A DNA stretch of 64,000 nucleotides from the human T2T-CHM13v2.0 reference genome, Homo sapiens (GCF_009914755.1 NC_060931.1), one strand, 5' to 3'; shown: positions 1 through 57,536, counted from the first letter of the stretch. Notes: generated by a model from the sequence alone, not told the origin. A program made the numbers and translations.

Positions 1-1181
1 TGAGGCTGGCTCTGGTCCTGTGCAGGGAGCCCGGCAGGAGGCTGGAATCCTGCAGGGAGCCAGGGAGTGCAGGGTATGCTTCATGCTTTCAAAGCACTGC
101 TGTTGGAGGAGACATTAATTATTTCAGCATCCCATCAGGCGTGGCCTGCTGGCTTATCAATGAGAGCTGTGGCTTGTTTTGTGGAGGTGGCATAAGCTGA
201 GAAGAAATAGGACCCAAGCTTCCCAGCTCCCCAAGTGCTGTCCCTGTCATTGTGCAATGTAGCATGTTCCCCCCGATGCCTTGCCCATAGCAGCACTGGG
301 GCAGCACTGGGATGGGGCAGTGGCCTCCCATCTGTCCCCAGAGGCAGCAGCTGGCTCTCCTGGGCAGGCTCTTAAGGCACCGCTATACAAGTGGCCTGAG
401 GGTCGCTCCTTCCTTGCTGACAGCCCTGGTGCAGGACGCACTGTCTGCAGCTTCTGTCACCTGCACCACAGACATTGGGTTGAGGGCCCCCTTTCCAGGC
501 ACTGGAGGGACAATGGTGAAGAGGTCCTTGCCCTGTGAAGCCTTCACTCTTGTGGTCCAGGGAAAGAGGTAGCTGATAGGCCATGAGACGAACAGAGAAG
601 AAATTGCTTGTGACAAGTGCTTTGAAGGAAGGAAACCGTGACCAGAACCTTCTCTAGGCTGAGTGGTCAAGGATGAGGGGATTCCTGAGCTGGAAGCGGA
701 AGACTAAGAAGGGGCTGGTCCTGGTACAGGGGGACCCATGTGGCTGGGGGGTGGCAGAGGCTGAGCCTGCGGAGGGGCCTGGGGAAGGAGTTTGCATTTC
801 CTCTGGATTTTGAGCACAGTTGTAAACATGGATTGGAGAAGGTGAGCCTGGAAGCGGGCAACTACTCAGGAAGGCGGTTCTTGGTGCTGGTGGTCCCTGG
901 GGTCCGCTGCTTTGGAGAGGGCCAGGTCCACAAGTGCTTCCCCTACCCTTGTCCCAGCTCTTAGATGTGAAGAGCCAATCAGAATGGAACTTCCTGGTCT
1001 CAATGGGTGCATTTCCATCACAGCTCCGCTGCACAGGAAGCTGGGGCTCAGAAACACTCTTCCCTGGCTCTCAGGGCTCGTCAGGCCAAAACTGGACACC
1101 AGAACCTCTTTTCCTTGGATGAAGCCAAGGTGGGCCTGGCCCCGGCCTTCCCAGTGGTCTCACGTCTGAGTTTCCCTGCAG

Positions 1182-7406
<6,225 letters not shown>

Positions 7407-8260
7407 CAGCAGCTGGAGCCAGCTCCGAGCAGCCCGGGGGCCCCGCTGTTGGGAGTGTGCATTTAACTGTTTCATGCGCTTGTTGGCGCGACTGTGGCTC
7501 GAGCTGGCCCGCAGACACGTGGGTTTCATCACTCTGAGGGGCCACGTCTGTTAGTTTCCTATCATTTTGCCTTAGTATTTTTTGAAAAAGGGACATGTGT
7601 CCTGTGGGTCCCTGCAGTCGACATCATGTTTGGCTGGGCATCGATGCCTCCTTTCTGGGACTCCCGGCACAACTCCCCTCATCCAGGGAGGGAGGCAGCT
7701 GCTGGGGAGGGGCTTGGCTAGGTAGTTCTGTGTGGCGGTGGTCATTCCCCTCATTAAACACCAGTTCTTGGTGACGCCAGGGGCTGGTAGGTCATTCAAA
7801 GCTGTGGCCAGCTCACGCCTGCTTCCTCCCTCCCTGCCCTGCTGAATCCTAAAGCTGTGCCTATATCTGTGATTTGAATGAGGGAGCCCTTTGGGGCAAA
7901 TTCAGGTGCCCCCATTGCCTCAGGCTGGCCCTGGTCCCAGGTGGCAGCGGTTGAGGAGGGGTACAGGGCTCTCAAGCCTGAGGTTTTCTTCTCTGGGCTT
8001 AATTTTCTCTTGGGGTACGTGCCTGACAGTGTTTAAGGTGTCCGTTGAACTGGAGTTGCAGACTTTTAAATAGATGACCCCTTCAGATCATCTGTGCCTA
8101 CCTCCTGCCCATCAGGCGTCTACACTGTCACTCAGACACCTGTGGCATGTGGAGGAGACTGCCCTGTCCTGAGCCTGGAAAATGTGAAACTGTCTCCTGC
8201 AACCTGCTGGGCATGTGGGCCTGGCTGTGTTCAATTGCAAGAACAATTTTTATGAAATGG

Positions 8261-8266
8261 ATTAAA
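8261..8266 (+). terminator. CPSF4: Probable CPSF4 poly(A) signal ATTAAA (another ATTAAA at 7753-7758)
   Basis: ATTAAA in U-rich context about 0.85 kb after the stop; I saw no AATAAA on + between the stop and the ATP5MF 3' end. Confidence 0.7.
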
Positions 8267-9112
8267 GCTTGTTTTTTAAGCCATGTCTCATTAATTAAGG
8301 GTCTCATGCCAACCCTTTTACACTGGCTGCAATCACGGCGTAGCTTTCTTGTCCCTTTCAACAAATGTCAGCCTCACAAAGGGAAGTGCAGCTGCCCAGA
8401 AGGCCTGCAAGCAGCTGGTCAAGTCTGGGAGTCTGATCTGTGGAGCCAGCAGGCAGGTCCTCCACCTCAGCTCAGATGTCTGGTGGCACCTATTTCTGGG
8501 GCACAGTATCCCACCCCCAATGAGGCTCTGATGAAGAGGAAGCAGGGAGGGGCCGCCATAGCCCCTCACTTTTCCCCATCACCCCCAACCCACTAAGCCT
8601 CCTGTTAGAGAAGCCGCCTCAGCCGGAGGGCCACAATCCCTGCAGCCTGGGCGTGAGTGCTGCCTGAGGTCTCTCCAGACAGTGCCGGGTCACCTCACCC
8701 TGTAGCCCTTGATGCCCCAGGGTGATGCAGAAACACAGGATGCGGGCCATCCCTGCCTGGAGCCACAGGACAGCCGGGGTGGGATCTGGCGCTCTCAGGT
8801 ACGCAAGCCTTTGTGTTACACCATAAAGGGCCAGCCAACTAAAGGCCAGAATGTCTGCAAATGCACCTGCCCACAGCACTCATGGCAAGGGACGGACTTC
8901 GGCACTGCTGCTTCGGGAAGGTCTGGATGACACCCTGCCCTCCAGGGAGCTGGGACACGACCAGAGTGGTGGTCTGGGAAGTCCACAAAGGCCTTCACCG
9001 GTCAACGGCCTGGAAAGACGACCTCCCCCCACCTTGTGCCACAGGAGCCCCTGGAACATGGGATAATGGCTACGGCAGACAGGCAGGCAATCAGCACACG
9101 TACCAGTCATGT

Positions 9113-9118
9113 TTTATT
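9113..9118 (-). terminator. ATP5MF: ATP5MF poly(A) signal AATAAA
   Basis: tttatt on + about 115 nt past the ATP5MF stop codon. Confidence 0.85.
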
Positions 9119-9232
9119 TGGAGGTTAATTCCTATTAGGATATGAAAGGATTCAGCAACGATTGAGATTGTGTTCCTCACGGAGGGGCTCGGGCCAAGGT
9201 CGTGGGGTGGGGGGGTGCAGAGTGTGTCCTCT

Positions 9233-17048
<7,816 letters not shown>

Positions 17049-17294
17049 TTTGGAGTCCTGGTGTCCGCTGTGCCGGACCGCGCGAGGGCTGCTGGGTAGG
17101 GAATGCACGCCCCATCCAGGGGCGTAGAGCAGAGGCTCACGGGAAGCAGGTCACAACTGCGAACACCCTGGAACTACTAGAAGGCCATGAAGCGAAGGGC
17201 GAGGTGCCTGGACAGCAAAAATCCGAGGGTCCTGCAGTTAGAGAGAGGGGCGCCTCAGCCTGGGCTCTCTACCTTAAAAGGTGGGAAGAGGCCG

Positions 17295-20245
<2,951 letters not shown>

Positions 20246-20589
20246 AACATAGTACTCTTTCGTTGATCTGGCCCTCGTGCAAATTCTTAGTGCTCCCCAA
20301 GCAGAGGGCTGGGGAGAAGAGAATCCGGATCCCTGACAACCCCGCCCCAGCCTTCTCTGCTAAGCTGCGTGAAACATTTTCCACTGTGGCTTCCCAAACG
20401 TGTCTCCTTAGGAGACTACACAGCCCGAGGCAGGTGAATTTTCCCGAATGACAAGAGGATTATTCCCGAACCCCGTGGTGGCGTCTGCTTCTATCCTGTT
20501 TCGTTTACTTTTACACTTCCCTCTGAATTACAAAAGGGAAAAAGAACTCTTTAGGGTCCATCTAAAGCACAAAAAAGTTAGGTTTCCAA

Positions 20590-20662
20590 GACCTCGTGGC
20601 GCAACGGCAGCGCGTCTGACTCCAGATCAGAAGGTTGCGTGTTCAAATCACGTCGGGGGTCA
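20590..20662 (+). tRNA. tRNA-Trp(CCA), with one extra G in the acceptor stem 3' strand (probably the TRW-CCA5-1 locus)
   Basis: GACCTCG-TG-GCGC-AACGGCA-GCGC-G-TCTGA-CTCCAGA-TCAGA-AGGTT-GCGTG-TTCAAAT-CACGT-CGGGGGTC-A; anticodon CCA at 20622-20624; intact A and B boxes. Confidence 0.95.
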
Positions 20663-21538
20663 AACATGTGATCATCCCTTTCTTTAGCCAACAGGAGTTA
20701 TAGCTTGCCGGTAACTCTCAACCTTGGACACTGTATTTTCTGTTCTTTAGCCCTAAAGATTTATTTGCGTAGGTACTTCAGCAGTGGACCGGCACCTTAG
20801 CTAAAGTGTGAGGAAAAATTCAGAACCAATACTTAGGTCGTGCTGTTCACATCTGTAGCAGGATTTATCAGGACTGTGCCTCAGACAGTACATTCACAGG
20901 ACTTCAGACAGGACCTTAAAACAGTGCAGGAGCACTTTGGGAGGCTGAGGCGGGCAGATTGCTTGAGCCCAGGAGTTCAAGACCAGCCTGGGCAACGTAT
21001 CAAAACCGTCTCTCAAAAAAAAAATAAAAATAAAAAAATAAACAAACAAACAAACAAAAAACAACGATAAAAGCAAAAGCAAAAATGCCAGGTGTAGTGG
21101 TGCATACCTGTAGTACCAGCTGCTGCTTAGGAGGCTGAGGCGGGATGATCCCTTGAGCGCAGGTCGAGGCTGCAGTGAGCTATCATTGTGCCACTACACT
21201 CCAACCTGGGTGACAAGGTGAGACACTGTCTCTAAATGAAAAAATAAATAAAACGGTTCAGAGCTCGGGAAATAGTTGCCTTCCCAATCCAAAAACTACC
21301 TGCCCACCCTGGGGGCTGCTATCCTTGGAGAAGCATTGGTGGTGCAGCCTGATCTCCAGCATTTGAAGTTCCAGCACCACTAGCACAAAGCGTTATTCAA
21401 AACAAATGAGGAGGAAGTCAGTTGTCTTCCCCGAGCCGCTCCTATGGGACTGCGCTGGCCTGACGTGTCATCCGGCTCCCTCCCCACATTCGTATTCCTG
21501 GAACGACCTGCTGGACTGAGTTCCTTGTCCTCTCCCTA

Positions 21539-22002
<464 letters not shown>

Positions 22003-22066
22003 TAATCTGCCTGCCTTGACCTCCCAAAGTGCTGGAATTGCAGGCGTGAGCCACTGCACTCAGCCA

Positions 22067-22474
22067 ACACACATATGTTTATTGCAACACTATTTACAAT
22101 AGCAAAGACATGGAACCAACCCAAATGCCCATCAGTGGTAGACTGGATAAAGAAAATGTGGTACAAATACACCATGGAATACTAAGCAGCCACAAAAAGG
22201 AATGAGATCCTGTCCTTTGCAGGGACATGGATGAAGCTGGTGGCCATCAGCCTCAGCAAACTAACACAGGAACAGAAAACCAAACACAGCATGTTCTCAT
22301 TCATAAGTGGGAATTGAATATTGAGAACGCATGGACACAGAGAGGGGAACAACACACACCTGGGCCTTTTGGGGAGTCGGGGGTAAGGGGAGGGAACTTA
22401 GAGGATGGGTCAATAGGTGCAGCAAACCACCATGGCACATGTAACAAACCTGCACGTTCTGCACGTGTATCCTG
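22067..22474 (+). mobile_element. 5'-truncated L1 (older L1PA-type ORF2 end plus 3' UTR), flanked by Alus
   Basis: atgtttattgcaacactatttacaatagcaaagacatggaaccaacccaaatgcccatc...gtaacaaacctgcacgttctgcac. Confidence 0.9.
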
Positions 22475-22663
22475 TTTGTTTTGTTTTGTTTAGAAGAAAT
22501 AAAAAACAAACAAAACTTGGGAGGCCAAGGCAGGCGGATCACTTGAGGTCAGGAGTTCGAGACCAGCCTGGCCAAAATGGTGAAACCCCGTCTCTACTAA
22601 AAACACACACACAAAAAAAATTAGCCGGGAGTGGTAGCGGGCGCCTGTAGTCCCAGCTACTCA

Positions 22664-22792
<129 letters not shown>

Positions 22793-22854
22793 TTACTCAC
22801 ATTAAAACTGTATTTTGGGGGTAATTTACATAAGCCACACAATTATCCTTTTAA

Positions 22855-23393
<539 letters not shown>

Positions 23394-23589
23394 TGATCTA
23401 AATCTCTTGACCTGATCCGCCGGCCTCTGCCTCCCAAAGTGCTGGGATTACAGGCGTAAGCCACCGCGCCTGGCCCATTTTTCTTCTTTTATCTGATAAC
23501 CTTACTCCCCTCCACAAACACACAGCCAAAGAAACGAATTGTGTCGCTCTTGAATCATAGAATAATTCTAAATTATGTTACGATTAAAC

Positions 23590-24130
23590 AGGAGGGGCGG
23601 GGCCCTGTCCATCACGTGACTCTCTCGGTGCTGTCTCCGGCCGTTGATTGGCCTGGGCGGGGAGGGCGGCCGTTGATTGGTTCGGGCCCACTCGCGCGGG
23701 CGCCACTCTCTTTGTCTGACAAGAGAGTCGTGAAGCCTCCGCGGTCCTAGAGGGGCCGCTGGCTGGGACGCTTCGCTCGGCGCGCGCAGGTGGAGCCAGC
23801 GAGAGGCTCTGAGGCTGCCAGAGTGGTTGTGTCTGTTCCTCCGGTAAGGGGTGATTCGCCGAGGGGCGCGGACCAGACAGACCTCGGGTCAGGCCCGGGA
23901 ACCCCGAGAGGAGAGCCCAGCCCCTGGTGGAGGCGGCTTGGCGGAGATTCGGAGCCGTCAGCAGGTTTGGGGAGAAGGAAACGAGTGTTGTGGGGGGCGT
24001 GGGTGCGGGGGGTAGGCCACTGCGCACACCCCCGGCTCGCAGGGGACGCTCCGGGTTTGTGCGGCGGCTCTCGGGGCCTGTGGCACCAGCTTTTGAGTAT
24101 TTTTGGCGGTGTCAAGTCTTCGGCAGCGAG
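23590..24130 (+). promoter_or_regulatory. ZNF789: ZNF789 CpG-island promoter and non-coding exon 1 (donor after 23843)
   Basis: GC boxes (GGGCGG), palindromic E-box TCACGTGA 23612-23619, two inverted CCAAT boxes (23647, 23676), donor CCG|gtaagg. Confidence 0.8.
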
Positions 24131-24451
24131 AGGAGCAAAGTCCGAAGAATGAATGGATGGTGAACGCCTGGACTTGGTTTTGTTAGAGTGGGAGATGAGC
24201 CGTGGTTGTTAGTGGAAGGTGTTCACGTGATTGTGAAGCGGCATTTTGGATTTTGTCAAAAGTTAACAGTCCCCTCCAGTTAAAGTTTTAAGAGTTTATT
24301 GTGCATGCAGAGGAACAGCTGGCAAATTGTTCCAATGGCAGCTTGGAAAGCTAAATGAGGAAGTGCAGTGATCTTGATTGTAATTGGCCATTATCAACTT
24401 GCATTCCTTCTAGGGTAAGTCGAGCTGGATCAGCCTCGCATCTGTAGCTGA

Positions 24452-24763
<312 letters not shown>

Positions 24764-25073
24764 TGATCCGCCCGCCTCGGCCTCCCAAAGTGCTGGGATT
24801 TACAGGTGTGAGCCACCACGCCCGGCCTGTTGTTTTTAAGAGAGACAGGGTCTTGCTCTGTCACCCAGGGTGGAGTGTAGTGGTGCCATCATAGCTCATT
24901 GCAGTCTCCAACTCCTGAACTCAAGGGAGAAATCAATGTATTTTAAATGCCTTACATGGCTGTGGGTGGTTGGCCTAGGGCCGTACCCAAAACATGGACT
25001 CCATTTAATTTTTCATTAGCAAGTCTGACATTCAGATGCACAGCCTTCACAAACACATTCAGTAAATATAGTG

Positions 25074-25681
<608 letters not shown>

Positions 25682-25993
25682 TTAAAAGGCAGAGGGTCCA
25701 CCCTGGGCAACATAGCAAGGCCCCACCTACAAAAGAACTACAAACAACTGGGCGTGGTGGTGCACTCTTGCAGTCCCATCTGCTTAGGAGACTGAGGCAG
25801 GAGCATTGCTTAAGCCCAGGAGTTGGAAGCTACAGTGAGCCATGATTACACCACTGCACTCCAGCCTGGGTGATAGAGGGAGACTCCTCAAAAAAAAAAA
25901 GAAAGGCAAAGGGTCTTCTAAACTGTTTTCAGGGAAGGTGAACTGTGTTTGAGGGGCATCCATTAAAATGAAAGTGAATTTCATTAAAATTCA

Positions 25994-26188
<195 letters not shown>

Positions 26189-26629
26189 CTACTTCCGGAG
26201 GCTGAGGCAGGAGAATCGCTTGAACCCAGGAGGCGGAGGTTGCAGTGAGCAGAGATCACACCATTGTACTCCAGCCTGCACAACAAGAGTGAAACTCTGT
26301 TTAAAAAAAAAAAAAAATCAAGTCTGTAATTGTTACTGTTGCTGAATCCTGCTAGCAAATCACCAGGCTAGAGGTGAGGGTTGAGTGACCCCTTTAGAAC
26401 ACTTTCAGAGGGGGCTTGTCAGCAGGTGGAGCTGGCTGTAGGAGCAGGGTTGGAAATACGTAAGTAGATTTAGAGAAAGAAAAGCTGGTGAACTGGAATC
26501 CCTAGGATAACTAGACTCGGACATCCTGTGTGATAGGGGAGGGGAGCATTTGGCTTTCTCCTGTTGGTCCTAAATTAAAGGGAGTGGGGAGCAAAATTTT
26601 GGATAAAGCTGTTATTGATCAAGTCCTGA

Positions 26630-26985
<356 letters not shown>

Positions 26986-27364
26986 TAGGCGTGAGCCACC
27001 GTGCCTGGCCAGAGTGCTATGTTTATATGTGGTCTATCTGCTGTCCCTTTGTATATGAGGTGCAGAGTATGACATGTTCTAGGGAGAAGGGGAGGGCAGG
27101 GCTGCAGGTTCTCTTGGATGGAGCTTGGGAAATTGAAATTACTAGACTTATTGTAGCGGCTCATGCATTTCATCACATGTTCCAACACCAAACACAGGGA
27201 CTTTGTATTAAGCTTTGTCTGTGTGCCCCGTTGGAATTCCGGGTCCCAGATCTGCCAACCAAGAGAGCTTCAAATTAGGGCTGGCCTTACTGACTTTTTT
27301 TCTTCTCCAGCTCAGCCAGACGTCCAGGATCCCACCCCTTGCAAAAGACCAGGCCGTGGAAGCC

Positions 27365-38396
<11,032 letters not shown>

Positions 38397-38482
38397 TGTT
38401 AATTGGAAAGCAGTCATTGGAGAACTAGAACTTATAAACCTCTACTTCAAGTGTGTATCACGTAATTGTTTCCATGAAAAGC

Positions 38483-38488
38483 AATAAA
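38483..38488 (+). terminator. ZNF789: ZNF789 poly(A) signal AATAAA
   Basis: AATAAA 86 nt after the stop, followed by U/GU-rich sequence. Confidence 0.75.
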
Positions 38489-38817
38489 TGTAACAAAGGG
38501 TTTTTCTATGGGAGCCATCTTTGTGTAGCCAATCTGTAGTGAAGAAACGCTTAAAAGGAAATGTTAGCTTGGGCAACACAGTGAGATCCCATCTCTACAA
38601 AAAATAACAAAGCCAGGTGTGGTGGCTCACACCTCCAGTCCCAGCTACTAAGAAGGCTGGGTGACAGAGTGAGGCTGTCTCAAAAAAAAAAAAGAAAGGG
38701 CTGGGCGCGGTGGCTCACGCCTGTAATCCCAGCACTTTGGGAGGCCGAGGTGGGCGGATCACGAGGTCAGGAGATCAAGACCATCCTGGCTAACACAGTG
38801 AAACCCCGTTTCCACTA

Positions 38818-39068
<251 letters not shown>

Positions 39069-39240
39069 CTAGTTAAGGCAGAAGGGAGCCATAGAAGCTG
39101 TGCCGTGTGGTTGCCAGGCTGGGGACCATTGCATGGGTTGTGAATGATTGAAGGTTTGAAGACGGCCAGTATGGTGTCGCATGTCTGTAATCCCAGCACT
39201 TTGGGAGGCTGAGGCTGGAGAATCACTTGAGGTCAGTTCA

Positions 39241-39465
<225 letters not shown>

Positions 39466-39645
39466 CTAACGTATAGACTTAAAAAACAAAACAAAACTAA
39501 GGGCTACTCACTAGTAACTAGTGAGGTATGAAGAACTAAAAGTTGCCCATAATCAGGCCGGGCATGGTGGCTCACACCTGTAATCCCAGCACTTTGGGAG
39601 GCCAAGGCGGGTGGGTCACAAGGTCAGGAGTTCAGGACAAGCCTA

Positions 39646-39870
<225 letters not shown>

Positions 39871-39929
39871 CTAAAATGAGTATGTTAGATTCTGATAAGA
39901 GTTGTAAGTCAGCCCGGCGCAGTGGCTCA

Positions 39930-40575
<646 letters not shown>

Positions 40576-40762
40576 TGTCAATTATGTTCTCTGAGAAGCC
40601 ATATCCCTTCTGTTTCCACAATTATTCTAAGCACATTCTGACATTCAGTTTAAATAGGTTGAGCTGAGTGTATTCTCCCTAGAGCTCAACAATATAAGAG
40701 ATCCATTTAAATTATTTGGATATCCTAAACATCATCCTATGTCTGTATTAAAAATTGCTCTA

Positions 40763-40936
<174 letters not shown>

Positions 40937-40967
40937 TCAGGCCAGGTGCACTGCGTCATGCCTGTAA

Positions 40968-41186
<219 letters not shown>

Positions 41187-42173
41187 TGAGTAGCTGGGAC
41201 TACAGGTGCCTGTCAGCATGCCCAGCTAATTTTTGTATTTTCAGTAGAGATGGGGTTTCGTTCGCCATGTTGGCCAGGCTGGTCTTGAATGCCTGACCTC
41301 GTGATCTGCCAGCCTTGGCCTCCCAGTGCTGGGCTTACAGGCGTGAACCACTGTGCCCAGCCTCTCTCATACTTTTAAAGTACAAAAATTAGCTGGGTGT
41401 GGTGGTTGTATGCCTGTAGTCCCAGCTGCTTGGGAGGCTGAGGTGGAAGGATCGCTTAAGCCCAGGAAGTTGAGGCTGCAAGTGAGCCAAGATCACACCA
41501 CTGCACTCCAGACTGGGCGACAAAGTGAGACCTTTTTTTTTTTTTTTTTAAAAAAAAAGATAGTTTGTATTTACGATTCTCTCCAATGACCAGTTCAGAC
41601 ATTCAGGCACTTGTCACTCAGATTAATCCTCATGTTTAAAGAAGGTACAAACAGGAGAGAACTGTTTCTAATTCACTGAGCCACAGGGAACTGCCAAATC
41701 TAGAGAGACTCAGCCATAGAAAATGAACAGTCACATCCAAAGCGCAGCCATCCTGAGATGGCTTCAAACTTAGAGGGAGGTGTAGGTGCTGTCCAGGCCA
41801 GACACTCTTCAGTTTCCAAACAGTTCCTAGAGGAAGAGAAGCCACTATCACCCAGAAGCCACCTACACCCAGACTAGACCCGGGGCTCTGCCCTGTGTTT
41901 GTCAGGGGCCACTAGTGCCCTGACTGCTGTTTCCTGATGATATTCCTTCAAGCAGAGGCCTCTATTACACGTGCCCCAGCTCACCTACATCAGGGAGAGA
42001 GTGGTCTCCTGACCGTGATGGTGGGAGCCCCTAGTGGAGCTGAGCAGACACTCTCTTCCCTTCATTTTCACAGGACCTGGAAAGGACAACCACACTTGCT
42101 TTACTGGAGATGATTCTTATGTTCTATTTTATTCACTTCTGCAAGAAATACTCAAATTTTGTATAATAAGCCT

Positions 42174-42760
<587 letters not shown>

Positions 42761-43346
42761 TCATGAGGTCAGGAGATCCAGACCATCCTGGCTAACACAG
42801 TGAAACCCCATCTCTACTAAAAATACAAAAAATTAGCAAGGCATGGTGGGGGTGCATGTAGTCCCAGCTACTCAGGAGGCTGAGGCAGAAGAATGGCATG
42901 AACCCGGGAGGTGGAGTTTGTAGTGAGCCGAGATTGCGCCACTGCACTCCAGCCTGGGCGACAGAGCGAGACTCCGTCTCAAGAAAAAAAAAAAAAAAAA
43001 AAGAAATCAGCAAGTCATAAAACTGAACTCCTAGGCTCCTAGAATGGGAAAGAAAGAGGGACTATGCAAAATTAGGTTTTCTGGAAAGTGAAAAATAGAG
43101 TGCTTCTTTTGAGTACTGAGCTTTACCAGATCTTTTGGGGATTATGAAGTAGTTGAAACCCTCTCTACAATCTAAGGCCAAAGGCAAATTTTAAATGACT
43201 AAAATACATTCTTAGGCAAGTATTAATAATTGTAGTGAGCAAGATTTGGTTCAAAAGTGAATAAAAAGGCCGGGCATGGTGGCTCGTGTGTAATCCCAGC
43301 ACTTTGGGAGGCTGAGGTGGGCGGACTGCCTGAGCTTAGGAGTTCA

Positions 43347-43697
<351 letters not shown>

Positions 43698-44162
43698 TTA
43701 AAAAAAAAAAAAAGCTGGGTGTGGTGGTGTGTGCCTGTGGTCCCAGCTACTCAGGAGGTTAAGGCAAGAGGATCACTTGAGCCCAGGAGGTTGAGGCCAC
43801 AGTGAACCACGATCACACCACTGGGCTCCCGCTGGAGGGCTACGACGAGACCCAGTCTCAAAAATAATACATAAAGGTAGAGCGCAGATAACAAGGACAG
43901 AACCCCGTTACATGTCAGCCTGGCTCTTATCATCAGAAGTCTCTTACCTGGCATCAGCTCACATTTCAGAAGGCCCCCTACTTCCTCATTCCTCACTCAC
44001 TGAAACTATCAGTCTGTAATGAGGCTCAGGACAGATTGAACCTATCTTGTAGGAGATACTCAAGGAAGATCCATAATTGACTGATATACTCCAAATGGCA
44101 AGGAATGTGGTTCTGGACAAGAAAAGAAACAGGCCAAGTCACATAGAAACATATCAAAATGA

Positions 44163-50997
<6,835 letters not shown>

Positions 50998-50999
50998 CT

Positions 51000-51656
<657 letters not shown>

Positions 51657-52101
51657 TAGCCTCCTGAGTAGCTTGGACTACAGGCGCGCGCCACCATGCC
51701 CGGCTACTTTCTGTATTTTAGTAGAGATGGGGTTTCACCATGTTGGTCAGGCTGGTCTGGAACTCCTGACCTCGTGATCCGCCTGCCCCGGCCTCCCAAA
51801 GTGCTGGATTACAGGCGTGAGCCGCTGCGCCCAGTTGGAAAAAGTTTTGTTTTTTTTTTAAAACTAAGTGCTTCCATGTACATCAGATGTTAACGACTTT
51901 GATCCTAACAAACAAACAAAAAAGATGAGGAAATTGAGGCTCAAAGATGTGTCCTGGCCTGGCTCAGTGGCGTATGCCTGTAATCCCAGCATTTTGGGAG
52001 GCTGAGGGGGGAAGATCGCTTGAAGCCAAGAATTGGAGACCCCAATGTCTACAAAAAATAAAAAATTAGCTGGGTGTGGTGGTGCACACCTGTAGTCCCA
52101 G

Positions 52102-56350
<4,249 letters not shown>

Positions 56351-56948
56351 GGCCACAGTCTCTGTATCTCGGGGTCAGGGGCCATTCTGAGGAATCCAGG
56401 TCCAGATCTGTACCTTATAAACGCTGCTTCTCTTTGGGACCGATGGAGTCTCCCCTTGGCCTGTCAAGCTCTTGTAGCTTAGAGAACAGGCTCAGTTTTG
56501 ACCATTATAATGATTTTCACCCTTATTCCGACTTAAGTTCGTCTTATGGTAGAGAGAAAGAGCGGCTGCGTCTGGACTAGTTAGTCTCGTCCCGTTATTT
56601 ATATGGAATGTAAAGTTCTTCACTCTAAAACTGTGTTTTAGGTTGGGCCTGATGTCAGATTTGTATGGCTCTCTTTTACACTTTTAAAATGTTGGGGTTA
56701 TTCCTTATTATCATTTTGTGGGTGAAGTGATGGCTACCTTGTAGTACCTATTTTTAAGTAAATTACTTTGTTGAGTGGTCGTCTTTAGTATAGATGACCT
56801 CTTTGCCATCTGTCTTTGCTAATAATGATGCCCAATACATCAGTAGGTTGCATGCTACTGAAAGTGTCCTTCAGAAGATATTAAAGAGCAGAAAAACAAT
56901 TGTTTCAGTGTAACACAGCCAGCCTCGAAGACTTCCCTCTGAGTTGGA

Positions 56949-57362
56949 ATGATAATGACCGAATCCCGAGAAGTTATAGACTTAGACCCCCCAGCTGAGA
57001 CTTCCCAGGAGCAGGAAGACCTTTTCATAGTGAAGGTGGAAGAAGAAGACTGCACCTGGATGCAGGAGTACAACCCGCCAACGTTTGAGACTTTTTACCA
57101 GCGCTTCAGGCACTTCCAGTACCATGAGGCTTCAGGACCCCGGGAGGCTCTCAGCCAACTCCGGGTGCTCTGCTGTGAGTGGCTGAGGCCCGAGCTGCAC
57201 ACGAAGGAGCAGATCCTGGAGCTGCTGGTGCTGGAGCAGTTCCTGACCATCCTGCCTGAAGAGTTCCAGCCCTGGGTGAGGGAACATCACCCTGAAAGTG
57301 GAGAAGAGGCGGTGGCCGTGATAGAAAATATACAGCGAGAACTTGAGGAACGCAGACAGCAG
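56949..57362 (+). CDS. ZKSCAN5: ZKSCAN5 (ZFP95) first coding exon, SCAN domain
   Basis: [34 protein letters not shown]...[17 protein letters not shown]...ERRQQ|gtgagt. Confidence 0.93.
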
Positions 57363-57536
57363 GTGAGTCAAAGAGAAGCTATATGAGCAATGAAGGAGAG
57401 GAGTGAACCATCTGCTGAGCAGGGGTGAGATTCTTAGTCCTCTGCTGCTTCATTCATATTCTTTTGTTCTCCTGGGATTAGGTACCCTGTGACTTCCTGC
57501 CACTCCAGCAAAGAGAAGCAATATCCAGTGTGTTAA

